Below are positions 31,298-40,467 of a stretch of 64,000 nucleotides of DNA, one piece after another. The notes below the pieces were generated by a model. It made no database searches, was not told the DNA's origin, and saw only the letters and a program-made list of their open reading frames with translations. The translations under genes and the position numbers were made by a program. The stretch is from positions 1 through 64,000 of the forward strand of contig JBEKCB010000026.1 in NCBI GenBank assembly GCA_050015075.1, written 5' to 3'. The stretch is from Candidatus Brocadiia bacterium. Its GTDB lineage: Bacteria; Planctomycetota; Brocadiia; CAIUPP01. Position 1 is the stretch's first letter, and the number at the start of each line of letters is the position of its first letter.

Positions 31298-34200
31298 TTA
31301 ATTGCCGAGGGGCGCTTGAATCGCACCGGCCGTTCGTTGGGCAGACGTGGGCTTAACCCCGGCGAAGTCGCGCAGGAAAGGACCGTCGAATTCCCAGGCG
31401 TATAACTCTTCGATCGTGGTTTGCGCGTCGGCGAGGGTGCCCTGGGCGAGCCGAAGAAAATCGAGCGTGCCGTCGAACCAGCGGCCGGTCGGGGTGCCCG
31501 CGACGTAAAGATCGCCGTCGTTGGCGAGCGACACAGAGGCAGCGATGCCGCGGGCGCCGACGTCTTTTCGACCGTCGAGATAAATAGTCAGTTGGGGGAT
31601 CGCGCGATCCAGTTCGGCGATGACGTGATGCCACTTTCCATCGCTGACTCTTGCGCGGCTTTCAACTGCAGCGGAAGCTCCGGGGCCTTGAACGCTGAAA
31701 CGAATCCGGCCGGCGCTGCTGAGGGTCAGGCTGTAGCCGGCGCCCTGAAGCTTCTCGATCAGCACGCCGCCCGTGCACTCGGGCGCGGCTTTGAAATGGA
31801 CTTCAATCAGCAGGTTGCCCGTGTAGATCTGCGGGTTCTTTAAGGCTGCGCCCTCGACCGTGCAGTCCTCGGGCTGCGCCCTTTCGTGCTGGCTTTTTTT
31901 CAGGTCACGAAACGAGAACGGTTTCATAATCTCAGCATTGGCGAGGACGGCATATTGCTTCCTGGCGGCGGAGAAGTTGAGGGCGCCGGCGGTCCAATCT
32001 TGCAGCGGGCCGTTGGTGTAATCGGCGGCGGTGATATGAACTCCCTTCAGCGCGTACATGGGGCGGTCGCGGTAGGTGTCGCGCGAGACGAAGTAATCGG
32101 CCATGTACCAGTGCTCGTCCATAAGGTGGGTGGGGTCGTCTCCGGGGCGGCAGAAGTTCCATTCGCCGACGACGCCGAAGAGGGACCACGGGACGAACAC
32201 CTTGGCGCCATGAAACGGGAAACGGAAAACGTGCTTCGTGCTGCGCGATTCGTCGGGCGTGACGTCCGGCGCGGGGCGGAAGTCGCCGTGGGCGGGATCG
32301 CGCAAAGGCGGCTGGCGAGCGACGACGCCGAGATCGGTCAGGAGCGCGTCGTTTGCAACGAGGGTCGCCTTAAAGTCATCGAAGGAATGGAGCCAGCGAC
32401 CGGATGGTTCAAGAACGCCCATTTCGGCGAAGTCGTAGAACACGTTGCCGCCATAGGCGTCGGAGGCGAGATCGAAGCGTTTTCGCGAAGGGCGCGCGGC
32501 TTGGGCTTCGCCTTCAGCGGCGGTCTTGGCCGGGTCGGCGTGGCGCAGGACAAACTGGCCGATCCCGCACCAGATATTGGCGAGATACTTGTTGCGGCCG
32601 GCCTCGGGTTCCTGGCGGCGCGAGCCGGTGTAGTAATTGTAGACGGTGTTGTTAAAAAAAGTGTTCTGATAACTGATGATTTCCTGGAAGGCGGAGCAAT
32701 TCACGACGGGACTCTCGACGTCCTTCGCTTTGCCCCAGGCGATGTTGTTGAAGTGGTAATTTTTGAAAGCGCCGTCGAGGTAATAGGCGTGACCGAACCC
32801 CGCGCTATCATGGCTGTACCGCGCCCAGTTTTGATAGCCGAGCGCGTTATAGGAAATGTTGTCGAACACGTAGAATGGGCCGCCTTGCCAAGTCTCGATC
32901 CCGCCGTAATCGTTGCAGTTGAGCATCGATTCCCAGACTTTGTTGTGATGAATCAGCAGGCGCGTGAACGGCACATCGCCCCAGCACCCGTTGACTTTCG
33001 AGCCGTGAACGTCAATCCCCTGCCCGTAACTGCGTTCGATGATATTGCCGGCGATCTCGAGGGTGCGCGCGCCGCTGACTTCCATGCCCGTGCCGGTGTT
33101 GTAGCGGGCGGGGCGGCGGCCGGTTTCGAGTGAGTGATTTCGATAGATACGCACGTCGCCCAGCCGGCCGCGAAGCTGGGCGTAGCCCCAGGCCGAGCCG
33201 TCGGAAACCGACAGGATGCCATCGTCGGTGAAGCGGAAATCGTTGTCCTCGATGCGGACATCGTCGACGCGCTGGCCGGCGAGGATGGAGCGGATGCGAA
33301 TGGGGAAGAAGACGTGTTCGAAGAGACAGTTGGCTATGCGGATATCTTTGCCTTCGCCCCAGACGCGGACAGCGCCGGGAAAGGCTTCGGGGCGGAAGGT
33401 CCAGGGTTCCGTGTTGAAATTCCAGGGAGCCGAGGTGATGTCCCATTCGGGCTGCGTGAAGCGAAAAGTGAGGCCGGTGATCTCGAGGTGTTCAACCTTT
33501 TCGCCGTCGATCAAATTCATTCGGCGGCCGGCTTCGATCTGCATCGTGTTCGGGTCTGCATCACCGGGGGGACGCAGATAAAGACGGCCGCCGGCGCCCT
33601 TCTTCTCGAACCAATACTCGCCTTCCGAATCGTCGAGGTACTGCGGTTTGTCTTCGAGGTAGTAGCGCATGTTGCGCATGACGACGTCGCCGGTACCGCC
33701 GCCCGTCCAGCCACCGAAGCCCAGCCCGTGATGCTCCAGGTCGACCACCTCGACTTCGGTCGGGTAAGGGGCGCTCATGACCCAGCCGTATTCGGGCCAG
33801 ATTATGGCCCCTTTGAAATAGCTCGCCGGCTTGTCTTTGATGTGCTGCGTATCAATGCCCAGGTGCATTTCGGTGCCGCGGGCATCCTTGATCGTATTGC
33901 CGAACGGCTTGCCCGGATTGTCCCAGACCCACCATTCGCTTTTGACATCGTCGGGGTTGGAGACTTTCCATTTGGGCACGCGCGCGAGCGGCAGGCGGAG
34001 GATTTTGCCGTCCTGGCTGACACTCCAAACACAGCGTGGGGCGAAATCCAGGTCCGCCCACCAGACGAGTTGCGGCTCGGGAATGTCCGGGTGCGTGGCG
34101 CCCCGTTTCCAGCTCAGGACGCGTTCGGAACCACAGAGCACGGCTTCGCCCTTGCCCCACGACGGATCGCTCGTGAGGCGAACCGGCGCGCCGGAAACTC

Positions 34201-34567
34201 CGGGTTCCTTCACGCGGAGGGTACCGCGATAGGTGGCCCCGCGTTTAAAAATAAACGTCCGAATGCCGGAAGCAGAAGCGGCGTTCGCGGTGGCATTCGG
34301 GTCCCAGGGATGATGTTTCCATGGCCTGGCCGGGGCGTCGCCGGGGTTGGCATCGCTGCCGCCTTCGAAGTCAATGTAGCGAACCGGGTCGCTCTTCTGA
34401 AATACAAATGGGCGCGGCGCCCAAGTCAGGTCGCCTTTTGGATCCACGGCCGCGTAGCTGTCCTGCCAGCTCCAGTGATCCTGGTTTGCTGACGGTGAGG
34501 CTTCCGAGAATCCGCAATTGGAGATAAGGGCCAGGACCAAAAGCAGACCAAGAGACTCGCTCCTCAT
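31298..34567 (-). CDS. Large secreted right-handed beta-helix protein with C-terminal LamG-like domain
   Basis: Signal peptide; GSDANPG..PWK, DYGGIETW, parallel beta-helix-like repeats; DGKWHHV...IYLDG. Confidence 0.8.
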   Translation of the reverse strand: MRSESLGLLLVLALISNCGFSEASPSANQDHWSWQDSYAAVDPKGDLTWAPRPFVFQKSDPVRYIDFEGGSDANPGDAPARPWKHHPWDPNATANAASASGIRTFIFKRGATYRGTLRVKEPGVSGAPVRLTSDPSWGKGEAVLCGSERVLSWKRGATHPDIPEPQLVWWADLDFAPRCVWSVSQDGKILRLPLARVPKWKVSNPDDVKSEWWVWDNPGKPFGNTIKDARGTEMHLGIDTQHIKDKPASYFKGAIIWPEYGWVMSAPYPTEVEVVDLEHHGLGFGGWTGGGTGDVVMRNMRYYLEDKPQYLDDSEGEYWFEKKGAGGRLYLRPPGDADPNTMQIEAGRRMNLIDGEKVEHLEITGLTFRFTQPEWDITSAPWNFNTEPWTFRPEAFPGAVRVWGEGKDIRIANCLFEHVFFPIRIRSILAGQRVDDVRIEDNDFRFTDDGILSVSDGSAWGYAQLRGRLGDVRIYRNHSLETGRRPARYNTGTGMEVSGARTLEIAGNIIERSYGQGIDVHGSKVNGCWGDVPFTRLLIHHNKVWESMLNCNDYGGIETWQGGPFYVFDNISYNALGYQNWARYSHDSAGFGHAYYLDGAFKNYHFNNIAWGKAKDVESPVVNCSAFQEIISYQNTFFNNTVYNYYTGSRRQEPEAGRNKYLANIWCGIGQFVLRHADPAKTAAEGEAQAARPSRKRFDLASDAYGGNVFYDFAEMGVLEPSGRWLHSFDDFKATLVANDALLTDLGVVARQPPLRDPAHGDFRPAPDVTPDESRSTKHVFRFPFHGAKVFVPWSLFGVVGEWNFCRPGDDPTHLMDEHWYMADYFVSRDTYRDRPMYALKGVHITAADYTNGPLQDWTAGALNFSAARKQYAVLANAEIMKPFSFRDLKKSQHERAQPEDCTVEGAALKNPQIYTGNLLIEVHFKAAPECTGGVLIEKLQGAGYSLTLSSAGRIRFSVQGPGASAAVESRARVSDGKWHHVIAELDRAIPQLTIYLDGRKDVGARGIAASVSLANDGDLYVAGTPTGRWFDGTLDFLRLAQGTLADAQTTIEELYAWEFDGPFLRDFAGVKPTSAQRTAGAIQAPLGN

Positions 34568-34696
34568 CGGAGCGATTCTAGTTCTGGACCGCTGCCAGGC
34601 CAATCCGGAGAAACTGATAGATTGGGGAATCGCCATTTCTCCCCTTCGCCCGGTCAGTCCTGGTGTTTCACCCAGCGCGCTTCGGAGGCGTTGAAG

Positions 34697-34779
34697 TCGG
34701 AATTTCATTTATGCCCACCGTCCACATGACGTTCAGCCATCACGGGTCGCATTCTGGCTACCAGAAACCCGCTTGTCAA
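34697..34779 (-). promoter_or_regulatory. Repeated promoter/leader module, copy A
   Basis: ttgacaagcgggtttctggtagccagaatgcgacccgtgatggctgaacgtcatgtggacggtgggcat...aattccga; TTGACA-17-CAGAAT. Confidence 0.8.
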
Positions 34780-34841
34780 ACGGAAGTCGCGTGGCGAAGG
34801 GAATTTCCATGCTCTTCTTCCAGCCGTTCGGCTTGCCCCGT

Positions 34842-34911
34842 TGTAAGAATTACTCACTTTCAGCATCCGAGTAAAAGCTGACTTTCCTGTGACGCGCCCC
34901 TAATTCTTACA
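34842..34911 (+). ncRNA. Candidate structured element upstream of ThiF fragment, copy 1
   Basis: tgtaagaatt/aattcttaca outer stem, actc/gagt inner stem, conserved gctgactttcctgt; RNA versus DNA role unknown. Confidence 0.5.
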
Positions 34912-34920
34912 GGAAATAAT

Positions 34921-35082
34921 ATGGCCGAAAACACGAATCGTTTCCTCCGGCAGTTGGACATACTCCCGCCGGAGAAGATACAGTTCCCCATTGTTGTCAT
35001 CGGAGCCGGGGCCATCGGGTCGGCCACGGTCGTCACGCTGGCGAAAATGGGCTGCTCAAGCATCACTGTCTGGGACTACGAG
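34921..35082 (+). pseudogene. Truncated ThiF/E1-like adenylyltransferase (N-terminus only)
   Basis: RFLRQLDI...IVVIGAGAIGSATVVTLAKMG...VWD; family resemblance ends after ~54 aa. Confidence 0.8.
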
Positions 35083-35213
35083 AGGCGGACTCATCTCCTT
35101 CGGTCACGCCCACCTGCAAAGCGGCCGAAGAACGTGGTGCCTCCCTCAGGGTCAATCACGTCAATTGCACCCCCCGGCTTCGGTGATGAGCGAGTGAGTC
35201 ACCGATATCCGCA

Positions 35214-36575
35214 CTATGATCGCTCGAGGCAAGCACCGTTGCCGGCGATGACCTTTCGGTACCACAGCGCCGAATCTTTGAGGATGCGCTTCTGGGTCGC
35301 ATAGTCGAGGAAGATCAAACCGAACCGCTCTTTTACGCCCTCCGCCCATTCGAAATTGTCCGTGAGCGACCACTGGAAGTAGCCGCGCACGTCGACGCCA
35401 TCCGCGATAGCCCGGCGCAAACTCGACAGGTAGCGCTGGAGGAAGTCAATTCGTTGCGGGTCGTGGACCTTGCCGTCGAGCGAAACCCAGTCGGCGCCGG
35501 ACATGCCGTTCTCGGTCACGACGAGCGGCAGCTTATAGCGCTCCCAGTAAAACTTCGGTCCCCAGTAAAGAGAATCGGGGGTCACCGCCCATCGGTACGC
35601 TGTCAGGGCATGCCCCAAGGGAGGCGGGACCGTCTCGGGGCGGCCATCCTTTCCGGCGCGGACGGTCTGGCCCGAGTAGATGTTGACGCCGAAGAAGTCC
35701 AGCGGCTGGTGGATCGTCTCCATGTCGCCGGCACGGATGGGCGGCATCTCGGCTTCGAAGAGTTTCAGTCCGTCCTCAGGGTACTTTCCTTTCAGAACCG
35801 GCTCAAGCCACCAGGTGTTGGTCCAGATATCTTTGCCGACGATATGGAACATGGCTTCGTGGGCCGCGCGAATGTCTCGCATGCTTCGACTGGCGGGCAT
35901 TGAAACGACGCCGACCGGAGCATAGCCGACCCGGGGCTCTTCCTTCGAGCGTGCGCGGATGGCCTTCACCGCTTTCCCGTGCGCCAGGAGGACATTATGC
36001 GCGATTCTCAGAATTTCGGCGAAACCGAGCTTGTCTCCCGGCGCGTGAATCCCCGAAGAGTGACCAAAGCCGACGAAGCACTGCGGCTCATTCAGCGTCA
36101 TCCAGTGCTTTACACGGTCCGAGAGCCTGTCCACAACAAGAGCCGTGTATTCAGCGAACCAGTCGGAGCTTGCAGAGTTGAGCCAGCCGCCACGGCAGTA
36201 AAGGCGGTACGGGTAGTCCCAATGAAACAGAGTGACCCAGGGCTGAACCTTCGCGGCGAGAAGTCCATCCACAAGTCGGTCGTAAAAGTCGAGGCCCTTC
36301 GCGTTTACCGGCCCGACGCCCTCAGGGAGCACTCGCGTCCATGAGATGGAGAACCGATATCCCTTCAGGCCGATCTCCCTCATCAAGGAGACGTCTTCTT
36401 TCCAGCGGTGATAGTAGTCGCAGGCGACGTCGCCATTCTGGTTTTTCCACACGGTCCCTTGCTTGCGACAGAACATGTCCCAGACGGACGGTCCTTTGCC
36501 ATCCTCTCGCGCAGCGCCTTCGACCTGATATGAAGCGGAAGCGGCGCCCCAGACGAAGCTCTTTGGAAAGCGCAT
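35214..36575 (-). CDS. Beta-glucosidase, GH1
   Basis: FVWGAASASYQVEG, YRFSISWTR, TLNEP, VTENG and DNFEWAEG motifs. Confidence 0.96.
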   Translation of the reverse strand: MRFPKSFVWGAASASYQVEGAAREDGKGPSVWDMFCRKQGTVWKNQNGDVACDYYHRWKEDVSLMREIGLKGYRFSISWTRVLPEGVGPVNAKGLDFYDRLVDGLLAAKVQPWVTLFHWDYPYRLYCRGGWLNSASSDWFAEYTALVVDRLSDRVKHWMTLNEPQCFVGFGHSSGIHAPGDKLGFAEILRIAHNVLLAHGKAVKAIRARSKEEPRVGYAPVGVVSMPASRSMRDIRAAHEAMFHIVGKDIWTNTWWLEPVLKGKYPEDGLKLFEAEMPPIRAGDMETIHQPLDFFGVNIYSGQTVRAGKDGRPETVPPPLGHALTAYRWAVTPDSLYWGPKFYWERYKLPLVVTENGMSGADWVSLDGKVHDPQRIDFLQRYLSSLRRAIADGVDVRGYFQWSLTDNFEWAEGVKERFGLIFLDYATQKRILKDSALWYRKVIAGNGACLERS

Positions 36576-36660
36576 GTCGTTCTCCTTTCCTGGAAGTCGC
36601 CAATTTCGTCGGTAATCCTTACGGCTTGGCCGAGGCACAACACGGCTGCGGCCATTCTTG

Positions 36661-36743
36661 ACCGCAATGTGCCCTATGCCGTTTTCGACATGACGGTCAG
36701 CCATCAAGTGTCGCATTCTGCCTGTCAGAATCCAGCTTGTCAA
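36661..36743 (-). promoter_or_regulatory. Repeated promoter/leader module, copy B
   Basis: ttgacaagctggattctgacaggcagaatgcgacacttgatggctgaccgtcatgtcgaaaacggcat. Confidence 0.8.
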
Positions 36744-36755
36744 GGAGAGGCCGCG

Positions 36756-36827
36756 TGTAAGAATCACTCGCTTTTAAAGTCCGAGTAAGCTTGCTGACTT
36801 TCCTGTCTCCCACCCCCGGTTCTTACA
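36756..36827 (+). ncRNA. Candidate structured element upstream of ThiF fragment, copy 2
   Basis: tgtaagaatc/ggttcttaca outer stem, actcg/cgagt inner stem, gctgactttcctgt. Confidence 0.5.
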
Positions 36828-36837
36828 AGGAGATGAA

Positions 36838-37066
36838 ATGGTTGAGAACACGAACCGTTTCCTTCGGCAGATGGACATCCTGCCGCCAGAGAAACTGCAG
36901 TTCCTCATCGTAGCAAACTCGGCAGCCGGCGTTCACTGCGGCCGGCCGAGGAAGGGGGCTGAACATTGCCGAGGCTCTAAGGCTTCACGTTGAGGGGCTG
37001 AGGGCGCGCGGGATCGGGCAGAAGCTGGGTGTTTCCTACAGCACCGCTCGTCGGGCGCTGAAGGCT
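36838..37066 (+). pseudogene. ThiF N-terminal fragment fused to a frameshifted resolvase-like C-terminal HTH
   Basis: MVENTNRFLRQMDILPPEKLQF then AAGVHCGRPRKG; after a frameshift in a G-run, LNIAEALRLHVEGLRARGIGQKLGVSYSTARRALKA. Confidence 0.7.
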
Positions 37067-37132
37067 GTTTCACGGGTCCCTGCTACGAAAACCCGTGCCT
37101 TTTCGATCGCAACAGGCGGCCGCGCTCTTTAG

Positions 37133-38647
37133 CTATCGAAACAAAATGTCTTTGGTGTGCCCGCTGATTTCCACCTCGGGGGAATCGTATCGCGCAATTC
37201 TGCCGTGGCGCACGACATTTTCAAAGAGGACGTTTTCGACGGGGTGTTCCGCGTCCGGACCGTGGACCCTGATTCTCCCGCAACTGCCCAGGAGATCTCC
37301 GGTCACAAAGACATTCCTGAATACGCAGTTCCGGATCATCCCGGGTGTCGGCTTCTTCGCCCACGGAGTCACCTTCGGCACGACCTCGATGACCCACTCC
37401 TGGCCTTCATGGTTGATCTGGATGTCCTCGAACAGAACGTTCTCGATCGGCATATCCTCGTCCGGTTGGAGGGAAATGCAAGTGGGGAGATCGTCGCCGC
37501 TGTTCCCGCTGCCGCTCCCGCTCCCGTAGCTCGTCATGTAATGGAGAACCTGGATGTCCTTGAACGTGAGATTGCGGAAGGCTTCGGCCCTGCATTCGGC
37601 TCCGATTCGCCACACGTGCGCGCGGTCGTTCCATAACAAGGTCCGCCTTACGAGAACGTTATCCACCGCCTGGTTCCCCGCGTAGCCGAGGCCCTTGATC
37701 GCAATGCAGTCGTCCTCACTCCGGACGAAGCAGTCCTCCACGAGCACGTCGCGCGTGTTGCAGATGTCAATCCCGTCGTTGTTTTGGGAGCGCACCGCGA
37801 CGATTTTGACGTTTCGAACCGTCACGTTCCTGCCGCCCCTCATCCACAGGTTGTAGCCCCAACTGTCCTTAATGATGATTCCCTCGACGAGGACATTCTC
37901 GCAGGTGTCGAGATCAACCGGGGCGCGGGTCGGCCCCTTGTGCCGCTCGTAGTCCAATCCGTCCAGAATACCGCGGCCCAGGATCTTCACGTTCCTGCCT
38001 TTTGCGTGAACACCGCCTTTCACCACGGCTCCGCCGGCGATGTACAGCGTCTCGTTGTCGCCAAGTTCTATGGCGCCCGCCTGGTGGACTCCCGGGCCGA
38101 AGTACTTCACCCCCGCGTCGCGCGGACTCGGAGAGGAGGCTTCGATCGGATTGGCAAAGAGGAGCAGCGGACCGTGCTTTCCATCGGGCTCGATGGAGAG
38201 CTGGCACGGAGCAGCCTGAAGCATGAACCTCATCACGCCCCTGAGCGTGTTCGGGTTGGCGGGGACGGGATAGGGTCTGACTCCCTTTGATTCGGGCCGG
38301 ATGACCACGTCCCTGAGCCACTGCCGCGACGATTCGACCTCGACCTCCACGCTTCCTGAGAAATCGAAGTACGCGAAGGAATAAGGACCGCCGAACGGGG
38401 GCGAGTAATTCTGCTCATAGACTTTCCCGCGGTAGACGGGCACCGGAGCGCCGTTGACCTTGATCAGATAGTCGTCCGAAAGCTCCACCCCTTCCGGAGC
38501 CTGATAGACCACGATGTTTCCGGTGGGCATTTTAGATGCCTCCCTTTTCTGTGGTTCTTCGCTGCCAGTCGTCGCGTCCGCCGCAGCGGACGGGCCCGCC
38601 GAGGCCGCCACGACGATGGCCGCCAGGAAAAGCCATGTTCTTCGCAT
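37133..38647 (-). CDS. Secreted beta-helix glycoside hydrolase (GH28/GH49-like)
   Basis: True start MRRTWLFLAA; YFGPGVH, LYIAGGAVVKG, GRGILDG, NNDGIDI and EDDCIAIK motifs. Confidence 0.85.
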   Translation of the reverse strand: MRRTWLFLAAIVVAASAGPSAAADATTGSEEPQKREASKMPTGNIVVYQAPEGVELSDDYLIKVNGAPVPVYRGKVYEQNYSPPFGGPYSFAYFDFSGSVEVEVESSRQWLRDVVIRPESKGVRPYPVPANPNTLRGVMRFMLQAAPCQLSIEPDGKHGPLLLFANPIEASSPSPRDAGVKYFGPGVHQAGAIELGDNETLYIAGGAVVKGGVHAKGRNVKILGRGILDGLDYERHKGPTRAPVDLDTCENVLVEGIIIKDSWGYNLWMRGGRNVTVRNVKIVAVRSQNNDGIDICNTRDVLVEDCFVRSEDDCIAIKGLGYAGNQAVDNVLVRRTLLWNDRAHVWRIGAECRAEAFRNLTFKDIQVLHYMTSYGSGSGSGNSGDDLPTCISLQPDEDMPIENVLFEDIQINHEGQEWVIEVVPKVTPWAKKPTPGMIRNCVFRNVFVTGDLLGSCGRIRVHGPDAEHPVENVLFENVVRHGRIARYDSPEVEISGHTKDILFR

Positions 38648-38687
38648 TGCTCTGGCGCCTCCTGTTCCCATAAGCCCGCAAGCTGCC

Positions 38688-38769
38688 TCCGGTTCCCTTA
38701 ATCGGCTGTTGCCTATAGAACAGTCCGTTCCCTGGGGTGGCATTCTATCCTTACTGTGGCTCCTGTCAA
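38688..38769 (-). promoter_or_regulatory. Sigma70 promoter; probable divergent copy F of the repeated module
   Basis: TTGACA-17-TAGAAT then gccacccc...gactgttctataggcaacagc, in register with gcgaccc...gaccgtcctgtggagagcggc. Confidence 0.55.
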
Positions 38770-38905
38770 GGCCCTTTCCGGCGCCGAGCCGAACGGCAAT
38801 TGGGCGATTGACTTTGACGTGCCGGGGTGGTAAAGCCATGCAGGCACAGCAACCGCAGCCTGACGCAGAGCCGGACGATTCCGGCGGCCCAAGGAGGAGA
38901 GCAGG

Positions 38906-40414
38906 ATGGAAAGGCTCATTATCCGCGCCAGACGCGGCGACGGTCAGCCGCTGGCCGCCGAGGGGTTGGATTCGCTCTACCTGACCGACCTGAAGCGAAA
39001 CCCTCTCCGAAAGCCTTACGGCCCGGTCGAGTCCGGGCAGGCCGTCATCGAGACGGCGGCGGCGCCGTTCGTCATCGTGGCGGACGTCCCCGTGGCCGGG
39101 TTCGGCGCCGGCTTCTTTTTCGCCGACAACGAGGGCCAGGGCTACCGGCTGGGCGGCGAGATTGACCTTTACGCGGAGCTGGCCCGGAGCCGTCTGCACG
39201 CGGTCCAAACTCGCCGCAGGGCGGCGGAAAAGGCCGGGGCCGTCACCCCTGCAGGCACCGCGCGGCGGCTGGAGCGCGCTGCCGAATCCCTGCGAAAAGC
39301 GGCCGGCCTCGCCGCAGGATCGGCCGCTGCCGCGCAACTCGCCGAGGAGTCTCTCTGCGAATCGCTCTGGGCCGGTGAGGAACTGGTGCTGGAAGCCGCC
39401 CGGCAGGCGATTTCCCGTCGCGGGCCGCGAAAAGGCTTCCTCTTCGGCTGCAATGCGTTCGGCCTGTCCCACGGGCCGAAATATACCCGGCCGTTCGAAG
39501 CGGTCTTCAACTTCGCGACCGTCCCGTTTTACCGGCGCGGGTTTGAGCCGGAAGAGGGACGCCCCGACCCCGCCCGCGCGGACGCGATCACCGCGTGGCT
39601 GAACGGAGCAGGCATCGCCGCCAAAGGACACCCGCTCACCTGGTTCCACGAGGCCGGGGTGACCGAGTGGATGAAGCGCAAGACCTTCGACGAGAACCTC
39701 GCGTCCGCGCGGGAACGCTGCCGGTCGCTCGCCCGCCAATACGCCGGGCGGATTGACCGGTGGGACGTCATCAACGAAGCCCACGACTGGGCGAACGAAC
39801 TGGGCTATTCGCAGGAACAGCTTCTCGACCTGACGCGGGCCTCGTGCGAGGGCGCCAGGGAAGGGAACCCAAAAGCCCAGACCGTCGTGAACAACTGCTG
39901 CGTCTTCGGCGAGTACGCCGCCACGAGCAAGACCTACTTCCGACAGGAGCAGCGGCCGCTGCGCACGCCGCATCAGTATCTGCGCGCCTGCCTGTCGGCG
40001 GGGCTGGACTTCGACGTGATCGGCCTCCAGCTCTACTACCCCGGCTATGACCTGTTCGAAATCGCCCGCCTTCTGGACTCGTACGCGGACCTCGGCAAGC
40101 CGCTGCACATTACGGAGTTGGGCGTCTCCTCAGCGCCCGGTGCGGACGAGCGGGCCTATGTCAAGAAGATCAGTCCCTACTCGTGGCACGGCCCCTGGAG
40201 CGAGGCCGTTCAGGCTGACTGGGTGGAGCAGTTCTACACCCTCTGCTACAGCAAGCCCGCCATCGAGGCGATCACGTGGTGGGACTTTGCCGACGCCGGG
40301 CACTTCTGGCCGCACGGCGGGTTCCTCCGCCCCGACCTCAGGCCGAAGGAATCCTACCGGCGCCTCAAGGGCGTGATTGAACGATGGGGCGCGAACGAGA
40401 GGGCAGGCCGCTGA
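38906..40414 (+). CDS. GH10 family glycoside hydrolase (no signal peptide)
   Basis: KGHPLTW, WDVINE, DVIGLQ, LHITELGV and ITWWD motifs. Confidence 0.9.
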   Translation: MERLIIRARRGDGQPLAAEGLDSLYLTDLKRNPLRKPYGPVESGQAVIETAAAPFVIVADVPVAGFGAGFFFADNEGQGYRLGGEIDLYAELARSRLHAVQTRRRAAEKAGAVTPAGTARRLERAAESLRKAAGLAAGSAAAAQLAEESLCESLWAGEELVLEAARQAISRRGPRKGFLFGCNAFGLSHGPKYTRPFEAVFNFATVPFYRRGFEPEEGRPDPARADAITAWLNGAGIAAKGHPLTWFHEAGVTEWMKRKTFDENLASARERCRSLARQYAGRIDRWDVINEAHDWANELGYSQEQLLDLTRASCEGAREGNPKAQTVVNNCCVFGEYAATSKTYFRQEQRPLRTPHQYLRACLSAGLDFDVIGLQLYYPGYDLFEIARLLDSYADLGKPLHITELGVSSAPGADERAYVKKISPYSWHGPWSEAVQADWVEQFYTLCYSKPAIEAITWWDFADAGHFWPHGGFLRPDLRPKESYRRLKGVIERWGANERAGR

Positions 40415-40467
40415 ATCGGCCGGGGAATCGCAAACACCTCGCGCCATTTGGGAGGATAGTGACTGAC

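Noticed and set aside
38648-40108. N-terminal half of the 991-aa ORF 37133..40108 as a real fusion
   Set aside because: It is the antisense shadow of the GH10 gene; the real gene starts at 38647 with RBS, promoter and signal peptide.
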